Origin: Octopus sinensis
Lineage: Eukaryota
Length of the DNA: 64,000 nucleotides
Assembly (NCBI RefSeq): GCF_006345805.1
Contig: NC_043002.1
Coordinates: forward strand, 21,886,001 to 21,950,000
Direction of reading: 5' to 3'
Shown: one piece after another, positions 36,270 through 50,161 of the stretch
Numbering within the stretch: position 1 is the stretch's first letter
Layout: every line of letters starts with the position of its first letter
The notes under the pieces: generated by a model
Databases searched by the model: none
What the model was told of the DNA's origin: nothing
What the model saw: the letters and a program-made list of their open reading frames with translations, nothing else
Translations under genes and position numbers: made by a program

Positions 36270-39060
36270 AATTTTCCTCAAATCACAGTGAAACGTTTAA
36301 TGCCAAGGATTTTTCTGGACCAGGTGGTGTACAAGTGGTTCAGATTTTTTGTATTCCGTTTGTAAACCGCCCATACTTCACAGCCGTACAGTAGTGTAGT
36401 GAGAACTACGATCCGGTGTACCTTGTCTCTAGAGTGATGCCTATCCTGCTGTTTCATAAATTCTTGTGGAGTCTGACAAATTCAACACTGGCCTTGGTGA
36501 GTTTGGCATTCACTTCATCATCAACAACAACAGTTTGGGAGAGTATGCTTCCCGGGTTGGTGAACTTGCCTACTACATTCAGTTAGTGTCCGTTGATGCC
36601 AGTGACGACATTTTTGGGTTCAACGTATATCCTTTCTGGAGCTGGCTGATCCATCACTTCAGGCTTCTTTGCAAAGATCACCAGAATAAAATTGTTACAG
36701 ACAAAAGAGAATTGAATTTGTCAACAAAAAGGCATGTCAGCCTTTAATGTAGTGTTGAGGATACAATCATAGGCAAATAGAAACTCATTTACGTTGTCTG
36801 TCAAAACATGGTTTTACTTGAAGCCACTTGAGGTTGAAGACAGCCAGCTTCTGTTACCCAGACGATGGTAATGTATCTGATACCCATGCCAATACATGGT
36901 TGAAACCTTAGACTAAACAGGGCATGATGCAATGATGTAACCTTGCAGTTACATCATTGTAACTGCAATTCTGTCTCCATTGGAGACAGAATGGTTTTAA
37001 TGTTTCTCCGTTACCTTGAACTCCATCGTGTAGCTGTCGTACGATCGTAATGAGTTTTCTGGTGTAAGAATACTTTGCGATAGGTCCCCAAAGTCTTTTC
37101 TACTTACCGAGTCGGAAGCCTAGATCGACGTGGATGGAGTCAGCATTCTGTTTCTGATATCCCTCTTGAAGCATTCTTTCAGGAAGCGCCATGTTATTGT
37201 CTCCTCGCTCTTTCAGTCTACATTGTCTCTCTGGAAGGAGACTCTGTTCAAGGTGCGCAATGAGGCAGCTGAGCAGTATTCAGGCCAGAATTTTAGAAAT
37301 TAGGGAAATTCTACGATGGTTGTCACAAACATAACGGTTTTTCACTACATTGGTAAAGTTAAATGATGGATGCATCAGAAAAGTGCCGAAGAAAAATCTT
37401 ATATTGCTAAAGAAGTTCGTGAAGCTTCTGAACCAGAGCTAATCCACCTTCGTTGTAGATCTCAGCTGAGGTGGAATCTTAGTCAGGTGCTTTGCCACTG
37501 GATAGCACCCGTGTAGCTTTTTGTAATTCCTCCAATCGCAACTAGAGGGATCCAATCGATGGGTTTCATCATCTACGGTGGAAGCGCGATTGGTTAGTAC
37601 ACTATCAAAATATTCAGCTCATCTTTCAAGAATCCTCTCTTTGTCTGAAACTCATCTCTTCAGAGCAGAGGGAATGAATCCGAAGTGATTTGAACCATAG
37701 ACTTCTTTCGGGCCGCTGTAGAATTTTTTCATATCATTGCCGTTAGCATGGCTTTGAATCTTCTCAGTCATGTGTCCTGCCTCTGATGCAGCTTCAGTTG
37801 GATGGTGTTGCGAAGACTTTTTTTTAACATTGAGGTAGGTTTTATAGGTGCGGCCATTGAAGTAGGTCATTGAGGTGGGTTTTATAGTTGCAGAATTTGT
37901 CTTCGATCTTTAATCTCTTCTTTTCTTTCTGACATAGACGAGGGGATGCCAATACTTTAATCGAAGATGTATTCACGACGTCCTGTTATGAGTAGGACAT
38001 GGAAGACGATGTTTGTCATCAGAAGGTTATATTCTGTGGAATATAAGCTTGGAAGAGTAGTAAGCCGGTGCTGTTGTAGTGCAGACTCTATACTTTCCCC
38101 TCCAACCACTTCATCCCGAGCGGTGCAATCGCAACTAACTTTCACGTTAGTCACTAAAAATGGTGAGCTTATCCGCGTTGGGAACAGAGTATTCATGTCC
38201 TCGTAATACTTGTCCTTCATCTCGTCCGTGTTAGTCATGGCGGAGTCATTAGATCTAAAAATGATCACGAACTACTTCCCATTGGAAAGCCAAAGCCTCT
38301 TCATCTTTAGACAATCGTTCACTCCTTTCAGAGAGGTGGGGAAATATTCAGCTTTCCAAGAAAAAATTTTCCCAGCAAAGCCAGTTCCAGCCTCGTATCT
38401 TCTTTCCTCAACTGTGTGTTCACTCCAAAGAACTGTGTCTTATGCCTCATTCACTTAGTTCGCCCTCTCTTGCTCGCTTGGCCTCACTTAGGAGCGCAAT
38501 GTCAGTGTTCTGTTTGGCAAGTTCAGTTCCAATGAAAGTTGTACGTCCCTGGGGTTGATCTGGATCTTCCTGATCAAGCAGCGTGCGAACGTTACATGAA
38601 GTAAGGCCTAGAGGTGTTATTCATAATTTTTTGCCGTTGCTTGATTTCGATCGTATCATTGGGAATTTTCAACTGCTGTGGCATTCAGGTCAGAGCAGTG
38701 TATTAAGCAATGTTTAGAGCATATTCTGTAGTTTCTTCCTCGTGGCAAGAGTCCAGTAGTTCTTTCCTAAAGAGTGCTGTTCAGTTGCCCAGACTATTCA
38801 GTAGACAACAACCGATTAGCCTGAGCTGCCCGGGTACCGGTTTGAGGCTTCACTTCTAGTGAATCTCTGCTTGTCACTTGGTTGTTTGCCTGCCGCTACC
38901 GGGTCTGGGGTGAAAGAGGTGGAATGAAGAATGACTGATGACTTGTGAGTCGAGTTTGAGTAAAGCGAGGGACAGTTACTTCCATCGGCTTCACTCTCTC
39001 TCTCTCTCTCGTTCTCTCTCTCTCCCTTCTTAGTTCCCATCTTTAATCCAAGTGATAAGA
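36270..39060 (-). mobile_element. Near-full-length decayed RTE (BovB-like) LINE
   Basis: APE start CNVRTLLDQ..TELAKQNTDIALLSE..EAGTGFA..KDKYYED at 38620-38200; RT region CDNHRRISL..HLEQSLLPERQC at 37310-37200; many stops and frameshifts. Confidence 0.85.
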
Positions 39061-39889
39061 CAAAGGTCCAGATGCCTGGAGATGAAACCGGGTGTAGAAT
39101 GATTACGGTGCCTTCCATGTTTGGCTTTCTTGACCGTTTTCCTGCCACTGTTGACCTCTTCCGCTCAGTGAACTGGAGTTCATTTTCAAGTGTATAGGCA
39201 ATCTGTCGAAGCGATCGCCCAGAGTGTAACCGCTATCGCACGCTAACAGCTTCGTGGAGCCACAAGTGAGAGCTGAGTGGTCGTGAGAGCTAGTGATGGA
39301 CGAACTACTCACGGAAGGACACAAGTTGCACCTCATCGGAATTACTACCGCTATTAACACAACCCAGTAACAACAACAAAAGCAGCAGCAACAACAAAGT
39401 TCCTACAGGAAGCCTCAAACAATGAAAACAAGTCGTTGCTGCACCGTTTATCGACAAGATGTTCGTTATCTGGCAGTGTTGAGTTTAGTTCTACCTGCAA
39501 TCTAGTAAATGCCATTGACATTTAGGGTTTTTTATTAGAATATTCAGTTAGCCCCGGTATTCACAGGTACTTTATTTTATCAACACCTGATTGATGAAAG
39601 GTGGATATGGGCTTGGTTTTGAACTCAAAGCATAATGTGCTGTAACTAAAAATTGTGAGGTATTTTGTCCTGCGGTTTAATGATTCGGTCATTCCGCAAG
39701 CAAGGAGCTATTTTTTGCAAGGAGGATGTGAGAAAAAGCTCATAATGGTGGTGTGAAATTTACTGACATCTCTAAGCTCTAAGCAGTGAATTATATACAT
39801 TTTCATCCTCTTCTGGGTCACCAAGGATGATGAACTTACCTGCTTCGGAAACAGTGGTGATGGCAGACGTCGCTGTATATTTATGGCCA

Positions 39890-40560
39890 TTCAGACTTTT
39901 AAAAAAATCTGGACTAAAAACCGACTGCACTAAAGACAACCGCAAAAACTTTTGGAGGTTTCCGACTGAACCAAATTAACCAGAGCTTCAATGGAAAGTT
40001 ACCCACCCTCTCTACAATGTATGACATGAGGTAGAGGTTGTCGTAGATAGATTTTCCCAAGATCACACAGATCTGTGATTTGCCGACTTCAATACCAACG
40101 GCAAACACCAACCATAATCTCTGTATTCAATAGAGTTATGAGCCAGAGATATTTATTAATAACGTTCCTTTGCTCTGGTCCTTCCTCAGTAACACTAACC
40201 ACTCCCCGGTTTACACAACTGGGAATGTTTCCGGTCTCCTGCCAATTGCGATAATTATCTACAAACACCAGACTGAATAAGTTTGGCATCTATCCATAAA
40301 ATTTATAGGACAGACCATCCAAGTCAGGCAAATTACTCCTCGTACACACGCGACTATATCTTAGCTGCTGATATTGGCTTTTTGTAGCACTTTGTGTTCT
40401 CAGCTGAGGGTTGTGGTAAGCCGTTGAAGTAGGAAAGAAAGGTGCTTCACTGTCGCTGGTACACTGCCGGCTGTTCAACATACATCTGATGCTTGAGAGA
40501 CCCCACACAAAACACATAGAAGCGAATAGTATGCGCCAGTCCCTGTCTGTGAAAGATCAC
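39890..40560 (-). mobile_element. L1/Tx1-clade LINE reverse-transcriptase fragment
   Basis: MPNLF..NWQETGNIPSCVNRGVV..ITLLNTE and GKSIYDNLYLMSYIVERVG..AVGF. Confidence 0.7.
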
Positions 40561-41179
40561 TTTGTGACATTGCTTCCGCGTAGCATCTCTACCAATGATC
40601 CCGCGAACGGCTTCCATACCTTTATATATTTATGAGCAAGTAGACATTTTAGCATTGGCAAAGCAACTTATGTGTCTCGCGGGCAATTTCAAGGACAATT
40701 CGCGCCGTAAGCAAGTCGGTTGCGACACTGTGCCTAATCATTTCTTTTAATTTACTCATTAACCTCCCCCATTATTTCTAATCTACTTTATATTATAAAC
40801 ACTCCTTTGCTAAATCCAATTGATTCTACCATAATCACTCTCTTCAGAACGGCCTACCATCGAGTTTTGATAGCTTAAACTACTTCGTTAATCTTCTCGC
40901 TGTAAGATTTGCGCACCGGAAACGACGCGATCACCTTCCAGTAACCGGGTCTCTTTATGCAGAAAATAAATCAGTGGTTTGTGCAGCCTGTCTGTTAAAA
41001 ATGTGGACAGTTTACATTACCTTTGTTCACTGATTTAAGAAATACTCACTCTACGGACAATCTAGATGACTCGGCGTATTTGGTTCATATTTCGACGTAA
41101 GGTTCATTTGGGAAGTCCAGCCGGTATTTGTTAGGCAATAACAGCCACTAATATAATAACTATTACAACGCCCATTTCA

Positions 41180-41291
41180 TCATCATTGTCGTGGTCATCG
41201 TCGTCGTCGTCGTCGTCGACATCATCATCAGCATCATCATCAATTAAAGCTATAGCAGCAACAATAACAACAACATCTTCTACTACTACTA

Positions 41292-41335
<44 letters not shown>

Positions 41336-41785
41336 TTACTACTACAAGAGCAGCTGTATTCACAACAACAGGAAAACTTGCAGCAACAACAACGATAAAA
41401 GCAACTACTACTACTACTACTACTACTATATCACATCTCCACGTCAACATCTCCGCCGCCACCAGCATCATCATCAACACCATCACTACAATCACCACCA
41501 TCATCACCCTCGTTATCAACAGCAAAGCCATTTTTATCGATCCAGGTTTATCGATCTGTCAGCGTTTAATTGTTAGCATCCGCCGCTGATTGCTATATTT
41601 GGTGGAATCTACGACCGCTCCCCACGTTTACTGCACCACCACTCCCGTCTCAACCAGCAGCAGCAGCACCACTACCACCACCACACCACCACCACTACTA
41701 GCATCACCAGCTGCAGCAGCAGTAGTAGTGGTAGCGCCACTACTACCACCACCAACCATACCACCTTCAGCGTAACCAATTTCGT

Positions 41786-41833
<48 letters not shown>

Positions 41834-42040
41834 TACTACTACTACTATTGCTGCTGCTGATACTACTACTACTACTACTATACTACTACTACTACAAGCA
41901 ACATTAACACCAATGCTATCCCCACTATTACCGTGGCCATCACTACAAATACATCACCACCATCACCCTCACCACCACCACCACCACCACCACCACCATC
42001 ATCAACTGCACCACTACCCATCCCCCCATAGCCGTGGTGG
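41180..42040. repeat. Compound trinucleotide low-complexity tract (CTA/CAC/CAT/CAA)n
   Basis: Read directly. Confidence 0.9.
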
Positions 42041-42350
42041 CCATCAACTTGGAACAATGTCAATGACTTAGGAGAACCACTAGTTTTTATATCTACTAGT
42101 AAACACAGACACACCCACCTTTGTATGCATACATATATACACATATACATACAAATATACATACATGCATATATATATATATATATATAATATATATATA
42201 TATACACATATATAAATATAATATACATATGTATATGTACACATATATACATATAAATATACATATATATATATATATATATCTATATATATACATATAT
42301 ATGAATATATATATGTATATATATATGTATATGTATATACATATATACAT

Positions 42351-42390
<40 letters not shown>

Positions 42391-42494
42391 TCATACATAC
42401 ATGTGTATATACATATATATACTTACATGTATGTGGTGTAAGTGTATGCATGTATGCACCTGTTTGAATTGACATACAAAAAGGTTTGTGAATG

Positions 42495-42528
<34 letters not shown>

Positions 42529-42557
42529 TACACACACATTGCTTATACAATAATAAA

Positions 42558-42600
<43 letters not shown>

Positions 42601-44054
42601 ATATATATATATATAATATATATATGCATATATTTAAACACATGCACACGCACACGCACGCACACATACACACACAAACACACACACATACACACGCACA
42701 CACACAAACGCAAACACACGTACAAATGTTGGTACTGCTGTATTCGTCGTTGAAGGGTTATTTGTAGTGGTAGCGGTGTGTGACTGTATCCGATGTCTCT
42801 TCGCCATTGTGTCTTTGCTATTTTAGTTACCGTCCACTATTTATATACAAACATGAAGATTGAAGACGTCTGCAAAAGATTTGAGTGCTTAAAACGTGTG
42901 TTGAGGACGTGTGTATAGGATTTGTATGTAAGACATTTGTAGCAATTCATGTAACAACTGGCCATTTTGGTTTCACTGTTATGTCACGTGTGATTCGTTT
43001 CACGTGTATATGAAAACATGTATTATAGACCTTTCTGTTCAGGATGTATTTATAAAATTCGTCTTTAAAAAGCTGTGTGGTTAAGAAATATATGCGTATA
43101 AGGTGTGTATATTTAAGATCTGTGTGCATAAGACCCCTTGGATTTGGGAAGAAGAAATTACAGGAGGATCACTTAATTACGACTTTATTCAAAATATTCC
43201 CCTCTCGGATTCACTCATTTGTTGCAGCGGCCCTTCAGTTTTTCTAAGCCCTGCAAAAGAACTCGGAAGGTTGGGCCTTCAATAAGCCCTTTCGCGATAC
43301 CCTTGAAGCCAGGTACCTCCTCGTTAGATCTGTGTTTATGATTTCAGTATTTAAGACTTGTGTATAAGATTTGTATTTGAGACGCTTTCTATGACATCTA
43401 TATTTAAGGCATCTGTATAAAATCTCTGGATTTAATACTTGTGAGTTTAAGATCTGTGTTTAAGACATCTGCGTCGGGTTTGCGTATTCAGGGCTTTTGA
43501 GCTTCATATATGAATGTCTGAAACTTCAACACAGTGTTTACATGTCTTCAACACACAGGGTTTACCCTATGTATTGAAGACGTATATATAGTCTCTGTGT
43601 GCTTAATGTATATATGTATAATACCTGTACGTATGTAGTAACATTTCTAAATTATACTGTGTATAAGTATGTTAAACGTAACTGACGTAATGTATTAAAA
43701 TATTCGAGTTTTCTAAATAATATGGCATTTACCAGTTCGCTTGTAAAAAATTGCGGCACATTTGTGTAACATATGAAGCAGATGTATTCTGCAGTAAAGT
43801 CGCTGAAAATGTATGATCTACGCTGTCATCCATTTTGCAAGAATCAGCAGCCAAATCTTACTCAAATTTACACTATAGCGCAGTGGAAAAGAGAAGGCAC
43901 ATTTAACAGTATAGCCTTTGGTATACAAAAAATATATGGGAGGGTCATGGTTGGAACATCGTTGATAACAAGTCTCCTCAGTTATGCCTGAACTGGGGCA
44001 AAACAATAACAATAACAACAACAGCTTCATTTTTACTTTGTTATATCATATTGT

Positions 44055-44357
44055 GTGGAGGCACATAGCCTAGTGGTTAGAGCAGCGGACTCGCGGTCGA
44101 GGGATAGCGGGTTCGAATCTCAGACCTGGCAATGTGTGTGTTTATGAGCGAAACACCTAAGCTCCACGCGGCTCCGGCAGAAGGTAATGGTGAACTTTTG
44201 CTGACTCTTTCGCCACAAATTTCTCTCACTCTTTCCTCCCGCATCTTGCAGCTCACCTGCGACGGACCAGCGTCCCGTCCAGGTGGGAAACCTATACGCC
44301 AAGGAAACCAGGAAAACGGTCCTATGAGCCAGGCATGGCTTGAGAAGGAACAAACAA
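44055..44357 (+). mobile_element. tRNA-derived SINE family C (possibly tRNA-Arg-like head)
   Basis: GGCACATAGCCTAGTGGTTAGAGCAGCGGACTCGCGGTCGAGGGATAGCGGGTTCGAATCTC head, V-domain-like GACGGACCAGCGTCCCGTCCAGG and AACAAACAA tail. Confidence 0.85.
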
Positions 44358-44399
44358 TATCGTATTGTATTAATAATCATTAATATTTATGTGTTCACG

Positions 44400-44945
44400 A
44401 AGATATCGGCGACGCCAAACGCCGTTGGCCAATGAGTCCTCAACAACACCAGCTCATCCAAGTGTGATATCTGTGCAGGAAGACGAAGGTTCAGGTCTTC
44501 AGGGTCCACCCTGTCCAGCTCTATCGTTGTGAGACTTTGACACTATCCGGGGCCCTTAGAAACCGCCTGAATTCCTGTGGTACCGGGACGCTTCGCAGGA
44601 TTATGGGTTATCATTGGTCAGATTTCTTATTCAATCAATGAATCTACACAGACTGGGATGCGTCCTGTTTCATGTTAGATTCGGGAGCACCAGCTCAGAC
44701 TGTTTAGCTTTGTTGCTTGATTTCCCAAAATTACCGTGATCTCTTCATTGACGATCCGGCTGGGTTGACGACTCATGTTGGTCGACCACATTCTACATGG
44801 TTACAGCAGATGAGAAAGAGATCTCGCAGAGATAGAGATTGACTGGGACTCAGCTTGACGGGTCGCTTGGGAGGACCTTGGAATATACCGACAAATGACG
44901 AAAGCAACAACGTGCTGCAGCGACGCATGTCCCTCGCCCCGACCT
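44400..44945 (+). mobile_element. RTE-X-like LINE 3' fragment
   Basis: RTKVQVFRV..LYRCETLTLSGALRNRLNSCGTGTLRRIMGYHWSDF; ends TGCTGCAGCGACGCATGTCCC..GACCTGA. Confidence 0.65.
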
Positions 44946-45149
44946 GAAGATGAGATGTCTGGATTAGTGTGTATCATATTTCATGGCAATATCGTTTGTT
45001 AAGTCTCACTCCATATCTCAAATATTACACAACGCCTCCAGCTTTGCAGTTTATTTCTGGGTTAGTTAAGGACACTTTGTAGTTGCCGGTACAAGATGTT
45101 TTGTCTTACGCAAGTTTTGACTTACGCAAGAGCGCTTTGATGAATGTGC

Positions 45150-45900
45150 CTTTCTACTAATTTACTTTTAAGCTTTGTGTCATATAGTGCTTTTCCTAAA
45201 GTTGTTGGCCAGTTCACCCCTGGATATAGCAGCATTAAATACCATACTTTCACTCTAGAATTTGCTTTGTTATACCAGATGTTTTCGAATCCAACCTTTC
45301 TCCACCTCTTTTTCTTTCCTGTCTGTTCCGAAATTGGTTATGGTTTGTGGAGGCACATTCCATATGCATCATTGCTGATGATCGTTTCAAACAGTTTTCT
45401 CCCTCTTTTACATATTCTGGTCCGTTGTCATTGGTTATCTCCGTAGAATTTCTTATAGTGGATGAAATTCTGTACATGTCTTCTCTGTTTGCAAGGTGGA
45501 CACATATGAGAATCGTGTCTCATGATTCTTACTAGCTCTACCATCAAAATGTTTATGTTTGCGTTTGTTGATGTAGCAGAACGCTGGAAGGCCAGGTGCT
45601 TAGTGGCCATTGGTTTTGTATGTATATGGAGAATTTCTTTCATATCATTTATAATTTTTAGCCATAACTGGTATATAATGTTAACCTTAATACTTCCGTA
45701 GATGGAGTTTGTGATATCCTGGATATTTTCCATAGTATGTTTTTCTGTTTCACAGGATGACATGTTGTGGAGTTGATGTAACCACAGTCTATGTTGATAA
45801 AGTGTTGTTTTGACTTAATCTTGGAGTTAAGTTTCAGGTGCACCGCTAACATGAAATGAATTATATCGCATAAACTTATTTTAAACACTGAGTTCGGTTA
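45150..45900 (-). pseudogene. Possible decayed DDE integrase remnant (Ginger/Gypsy-like)
   Basis: Only short motif hints: H..H..CPPCKQRR and NDNGPEY. Confidence 0.25.
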
Positions 45901-46289
45901 TTCATGTAAAAACAACAACGCTGATGAATGGATTTTAGGGAAGCCAGCGTATATGAGAAGGTAACTTAGTACAACTGAATCATGGCATGAGAGAAGAAGC
46001 ATTCAAAAGAAAACTTTACAACCATACATCTTTCTTCGGGAACATTGTTATATGAAAGCAACAAGGCTTGAGTTACGCCTAGTTTTTACAAGAGAAAGCT
46101 ATGAACTATAATATGAGCTAAAAGATTGTTTAGAAATGTATACCTTATGCTGAGAAAGAAGTGATCTCAAAAAGTCAGTAAAATCAGGAAAATATTTAAA
46201 TACAAAATCGAAGATGATCAATAAATGTTAAAAAAATTAAGGCCGATACCAGTCAAGTACTAGGGTTTATGTCATCGACTAGTCCTCCC

Positions 46290-47470
46290 TTTAAAATTGC
46301 TGGCATTCCTTCACAGTCGCTTTCATCTTGTCTTTGACAAAATATTTGTATCCGAAGACTGTCTTTCATTGAACAGTGGAAGCTGGAGGGCACCAGATCT
46401 GAGCTGTACGTTGGATGGAGAAATCACTGACCGGTCCATTTTTGTCGATTGCCAGATTTGTTGCCAGAGTTGCGTTTGATCACACATTATTATGATGTGT
46501 ATGGATAGTTTTGAAATTCTTATTCGGCCTGTTCCTCCAAATGGCTTCTCTAAGCTTTTTGAGTACTTCACTGTACCACTCACCGTCCAAAGTACGAGCA
46601 CGTTCAAGAAAAAAAAGGAAAATGATGCCCCCCTACCGTCTCCCAAATAGTGATCACGACTTCCAGTGATGATCGTTAGCGCTTGGAATTCTTAGGCTTT
46701 GGCAAAGAGATGCGACGCTGTTACATAAACTGAGCATTCGTTTCCAGATCATAATGATACGGCCACGTTTCATCATTCTCTCTCTTTGTATGTATATATA
46801 TATATATATATATATATACATACATACACACACAAATACATACATACATACATACATACATACATACATACATACATACATACATACAAACATGAAAAAA
46901 TAAACCCTTTTTCTTTGACTTCAAACGCTTCAAGCAGATAAGAACAGACTCCCATATGCTTCTTCTTCAAATTGGGTGTTAGATCGTTAGCCACTACACA
47001 CATTTTTTCTCTCCTTGTTTTTTCCGTGTCCCTTTCTGTAGAAGAGCGTAGGCTCGAAACGTAAAAGACTTTTTCTATTCCTGAGCGTTATACTAATACA
47101 CCTGTTTGTTTCGTACACCATCTATCTTGGTCTTTTGTTTTTTTTCGTAAACTCTCCCTATTCATTTTATACACGTTTTCTGATATCCAAAGTTCCACCG
47201 TCTTCGTTTATGATTAGAGCAAGTTCACACATTGTGACTAGTCTGTTTGCGCGAAACAAATCGTCCGTTCGCTTGCGACTGGAGGCATTGGTTACACTTG
47301 ATGACCTCCTACTGCGTGATTTGACTTCAATGTCGGTTTTACCCCGCTTTAAACATATTCATTCATCTTTGCACATTGTATTTGTTCATGGCATCATTTT
47401 TGTTTGCAGCGCGTAGCTATCTGTGCATATCAGATAACCCGCACCACTCCTTCGTCAAGAGCTCACTGTT
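46290..47470 (-). mobile_element. Old, interrupted mariner element
   Basis: N-terminal NVQR..MFKAG..SRSRRSS..LFRANRLVTMCELA at 47380-47200; C-terminal LHPTYSSDLVPSSFH..KDSLR at 46420-46340. Confidence 0.55.
47032..47067 (+). ncRNA. Minimal type I hammerhead motif (A6U variant)
   Basis: CUUU-CUGUAGA-A-GAGC-GUAG-GCUC-GAAAC-GUA/AAAG; stems I and II both pair. Confidence 0.55.
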
Positions 47471-47767
47471 GATATGTTGTCCCCGTTAGGAATCCATTAT
47501 TTGTCTACAATGAAGAACAGGAAGCAGATTGATTACTGAGAAAAAACTCTACTAATGTGTAATTTGAGTGACCTATGTCAATTATTAAAAAGATGTTGGG
47601 CCCATTTTCGCAATACTGTCGAACCAATCCTCTTATACATACATACATACATACATACATACATACATACATACATAACAAACACACACAATTACATACG
47701 TGCATGCATTCATACATTCATGCATGCAGTCATACATACATACATACGGGCACACATACATACATAC

Positions 47768-48149
47768 ATGGTGGCTGCCCCCTTGTTATCGAGTATGGCC
47801 ATTGCACGAAGCTTAATCAATGTTGTTATCGTGTAATGCCTGTACAAGAAGATTTTTTTTAAGTGAGGAAAGGCTGTGCACTGAGTCAATCCCACTCACT
47901 AAGCAACAGCAGCCATAATCCGAAAAGAAGAACAAGTCAACATCATCGGTAACCACTGAGCCGCAGGTTTTATGTCGGAGTTATCCCAGTTACCTGAGTT
48001 ACCTTCTCCTAGAAGGATGCCCTAACAAAGGCTGAGAGTCCTTCACTCCCAATGGTTTAATCGCGCGATCGGGTATTCAGTCCGATTATTTCTATGTCCC
48101 CGCGCATGATACATCCTTAAGACATTTATTCGATGGCCGTTGACTCTCA
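47768..48149 (-). mobile_element. Second, 5'-truncated copy of the (TACA)n-embedded retroposon
   Basis: Collinear with 3388-3770; (TACA)n on both sides. Confidence 0.75.
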
Positions 48150-48357
48150 TACATACATACGTACATACATACATACATACATACATACATACATACATAC
48201 ATACATACATACAAAACTTTCCAGAAGTTTATATGAGCATGTCTAGATATGCAACTATATGCATGGGAATACATACATAAAACAAAACGTATAAATCTGC
48301 ACATATACATACACGCATACATACATGCATACACGCATACATACATACATACATACA

Positions 48358-48391
<34 letters not shown>

Positions 48392-48520
48392 ATACATACA
48401 TACATATAAAAATACCCAGTTGTTGTTAAGAAATCTTGATATAAAGCTGAATGACACACTCACACGCACGCACCCCCACACAATACATCGTACACACATA
48501 CATACACACATGTATATAAA

Positions 48521-48559
<39 letters not shown>

Positions 48560-48565
<6 letters not shown>

Positions 48566-48722
48566 ACACAAAATGGGACAAGAACGCAAAACATCCAGAT
48601 AACTAGGTGATACAAAAAGGGACAACAAAACATCGAGATAGACGATACAAAGAAAACAAGGACGGGTCATTCGAAGCCATTTATCTTCAGTCAAGAACCG
48701 GATCATCCTCGCAATTTCGGCT
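48560..48722 (-). repeat. Diverged, truncated relative of the 6316-6658 repeat
   Basis: Shares GGACGG..ATTCGAAGCC..CAGTCAAGAACC.GATCATC...GCAATTTCGGCT. Confidence 0.8.
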
Positions 48723-49133
48723 ATAGATATAGATATAGTCAACAGGTGAGATCTAGAGGTGTTTAATATACAAAACGCGTAGTGCTCAAATGATTTGAAT
48801 TTAGACTCCGAACCCTTTATCGAGGACTACGTCCGTAGGGTAAAAATTGGTTATAAGAGAAATCCAGGTGAGCTGCTACGGAGATTGCGATGAAGATAAA
48901 CACGATTAGGCTTTATATATATAGACCTACATACATATACACATATACAGAGAAGTAAATGAAAATATATGAAAGTTAGGCACGTTAATATATAAAGTAT
49001 ATTAAATACATGGAATACACTCGCACATACATGAACTATACACACGCACATACACACACACACACCGTCACATACACATATATATTGAAAAAACGGAAGG
49101 GATAAAGTGAACTTGCCGTGAGGAGTAGAATAT

Positions 49134-49164
49134 CCAACGTTTCGGATTCAATCCTTCGTCAGGG
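49134..49164 (-). ncRNA. Minimal type I hammerhead motif
   Basis: CC-CUGACGA-A-GGA-UUGAA-UCC-GAAAC-GUU/GG; intact core, stem I only 2 bp. Confidence 0.55.
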
Positions 49165-49264
49165 GGCAGAGAAAAAGAGAAAAAAGTTAGTTTGCATCCT
49201 CCCAACTGCGTAAGTATGTATGTATGTATCTATGTATGTATCTATGTATGTATGGATTATGTAC

Positions 49265-49320
<56 letters not shown>

Positions 49321-49325
49321 ATATA

Positions 49326-49372
<47 letters not shown>

Positions 49373-49555
49373 GAGAGAGAGAGTGAGATACAAAATCAGA
49401 ATATAAATACTTATGTACAAGCATATAGATATTTATATACATATTGAGAATATATATATATATATATATATATATACTAAATTCAAATTCAATAGGGTAT
49501 TTAAATACTACTTGCTATAAACAGAACCGTAAAAGTGTTAACTTGCTAGCCACCC

Positions 49556-49608
<53 letters not shown>

Positions 49609-49609
<1 letters not shown>

Positions 49610-50161
49610 GTGAGAGAGCAGTGCATGCCATCAAAGTGACACTGGAGTAAAATTTACGAAGCCCAATATACCCATCATGACTACCTGTCTGATAAAGGTA
49701 CACCAGGCACATGCATCACAACCATATGTGCGCGACATGGTGATCTCATATCAAGATAAACAGCACATGACCTTGCAGGTGGGGCCCAGTTAGAATTTTC
49801 TTCAGGTTGAGTAGCCCATCCCGCTCAAACGGTCCCTGAATAAGGGTTGTTTAAGGATGTTGAAAGAACCACCCATGTTTCCAGAGGTGAACTATTCAAA
49901 CCCCAAAGAATCCCTCTCAACACATGGCTATGATGCTCCCCCACTACTTCTGCTCGTGGTCAGAGATGCACATATCGTCAGCCACTAAGGGACATGCTCA
50001 ACTGGTTAAGGTCAAACAACTGACAAGCAAATCTGTGGTATTGAGCAGAATATTTGCTGTAGCCCATCTTTTATACCAAGACAAAACAATGTACATGATA
50101 ACACTTCCAATCAGTTAAGATCAGAAGCCATGAGAGCCACTGCCTGGTACTGCATCAGGGC

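Noticed and set aside
40963-41095. Possible host exon (TTATGCAG..GTAAGG)
   Set aside because: Stops in all three frames; the splice-like words alone are not enough.
44055-44125. tRNA gene (also 62806-62875 and the SINE A/B heads)
   Set aside because: The acceptor stem is not closed and the sequence continues into a shared SINE body; these are SINE heads.
46323-46646. 107-aa minus-strand ORF as a host exon
   Set aside because: Another frame of the same strand gives mariner YSPDL-like motifs, so it is transposon debris.
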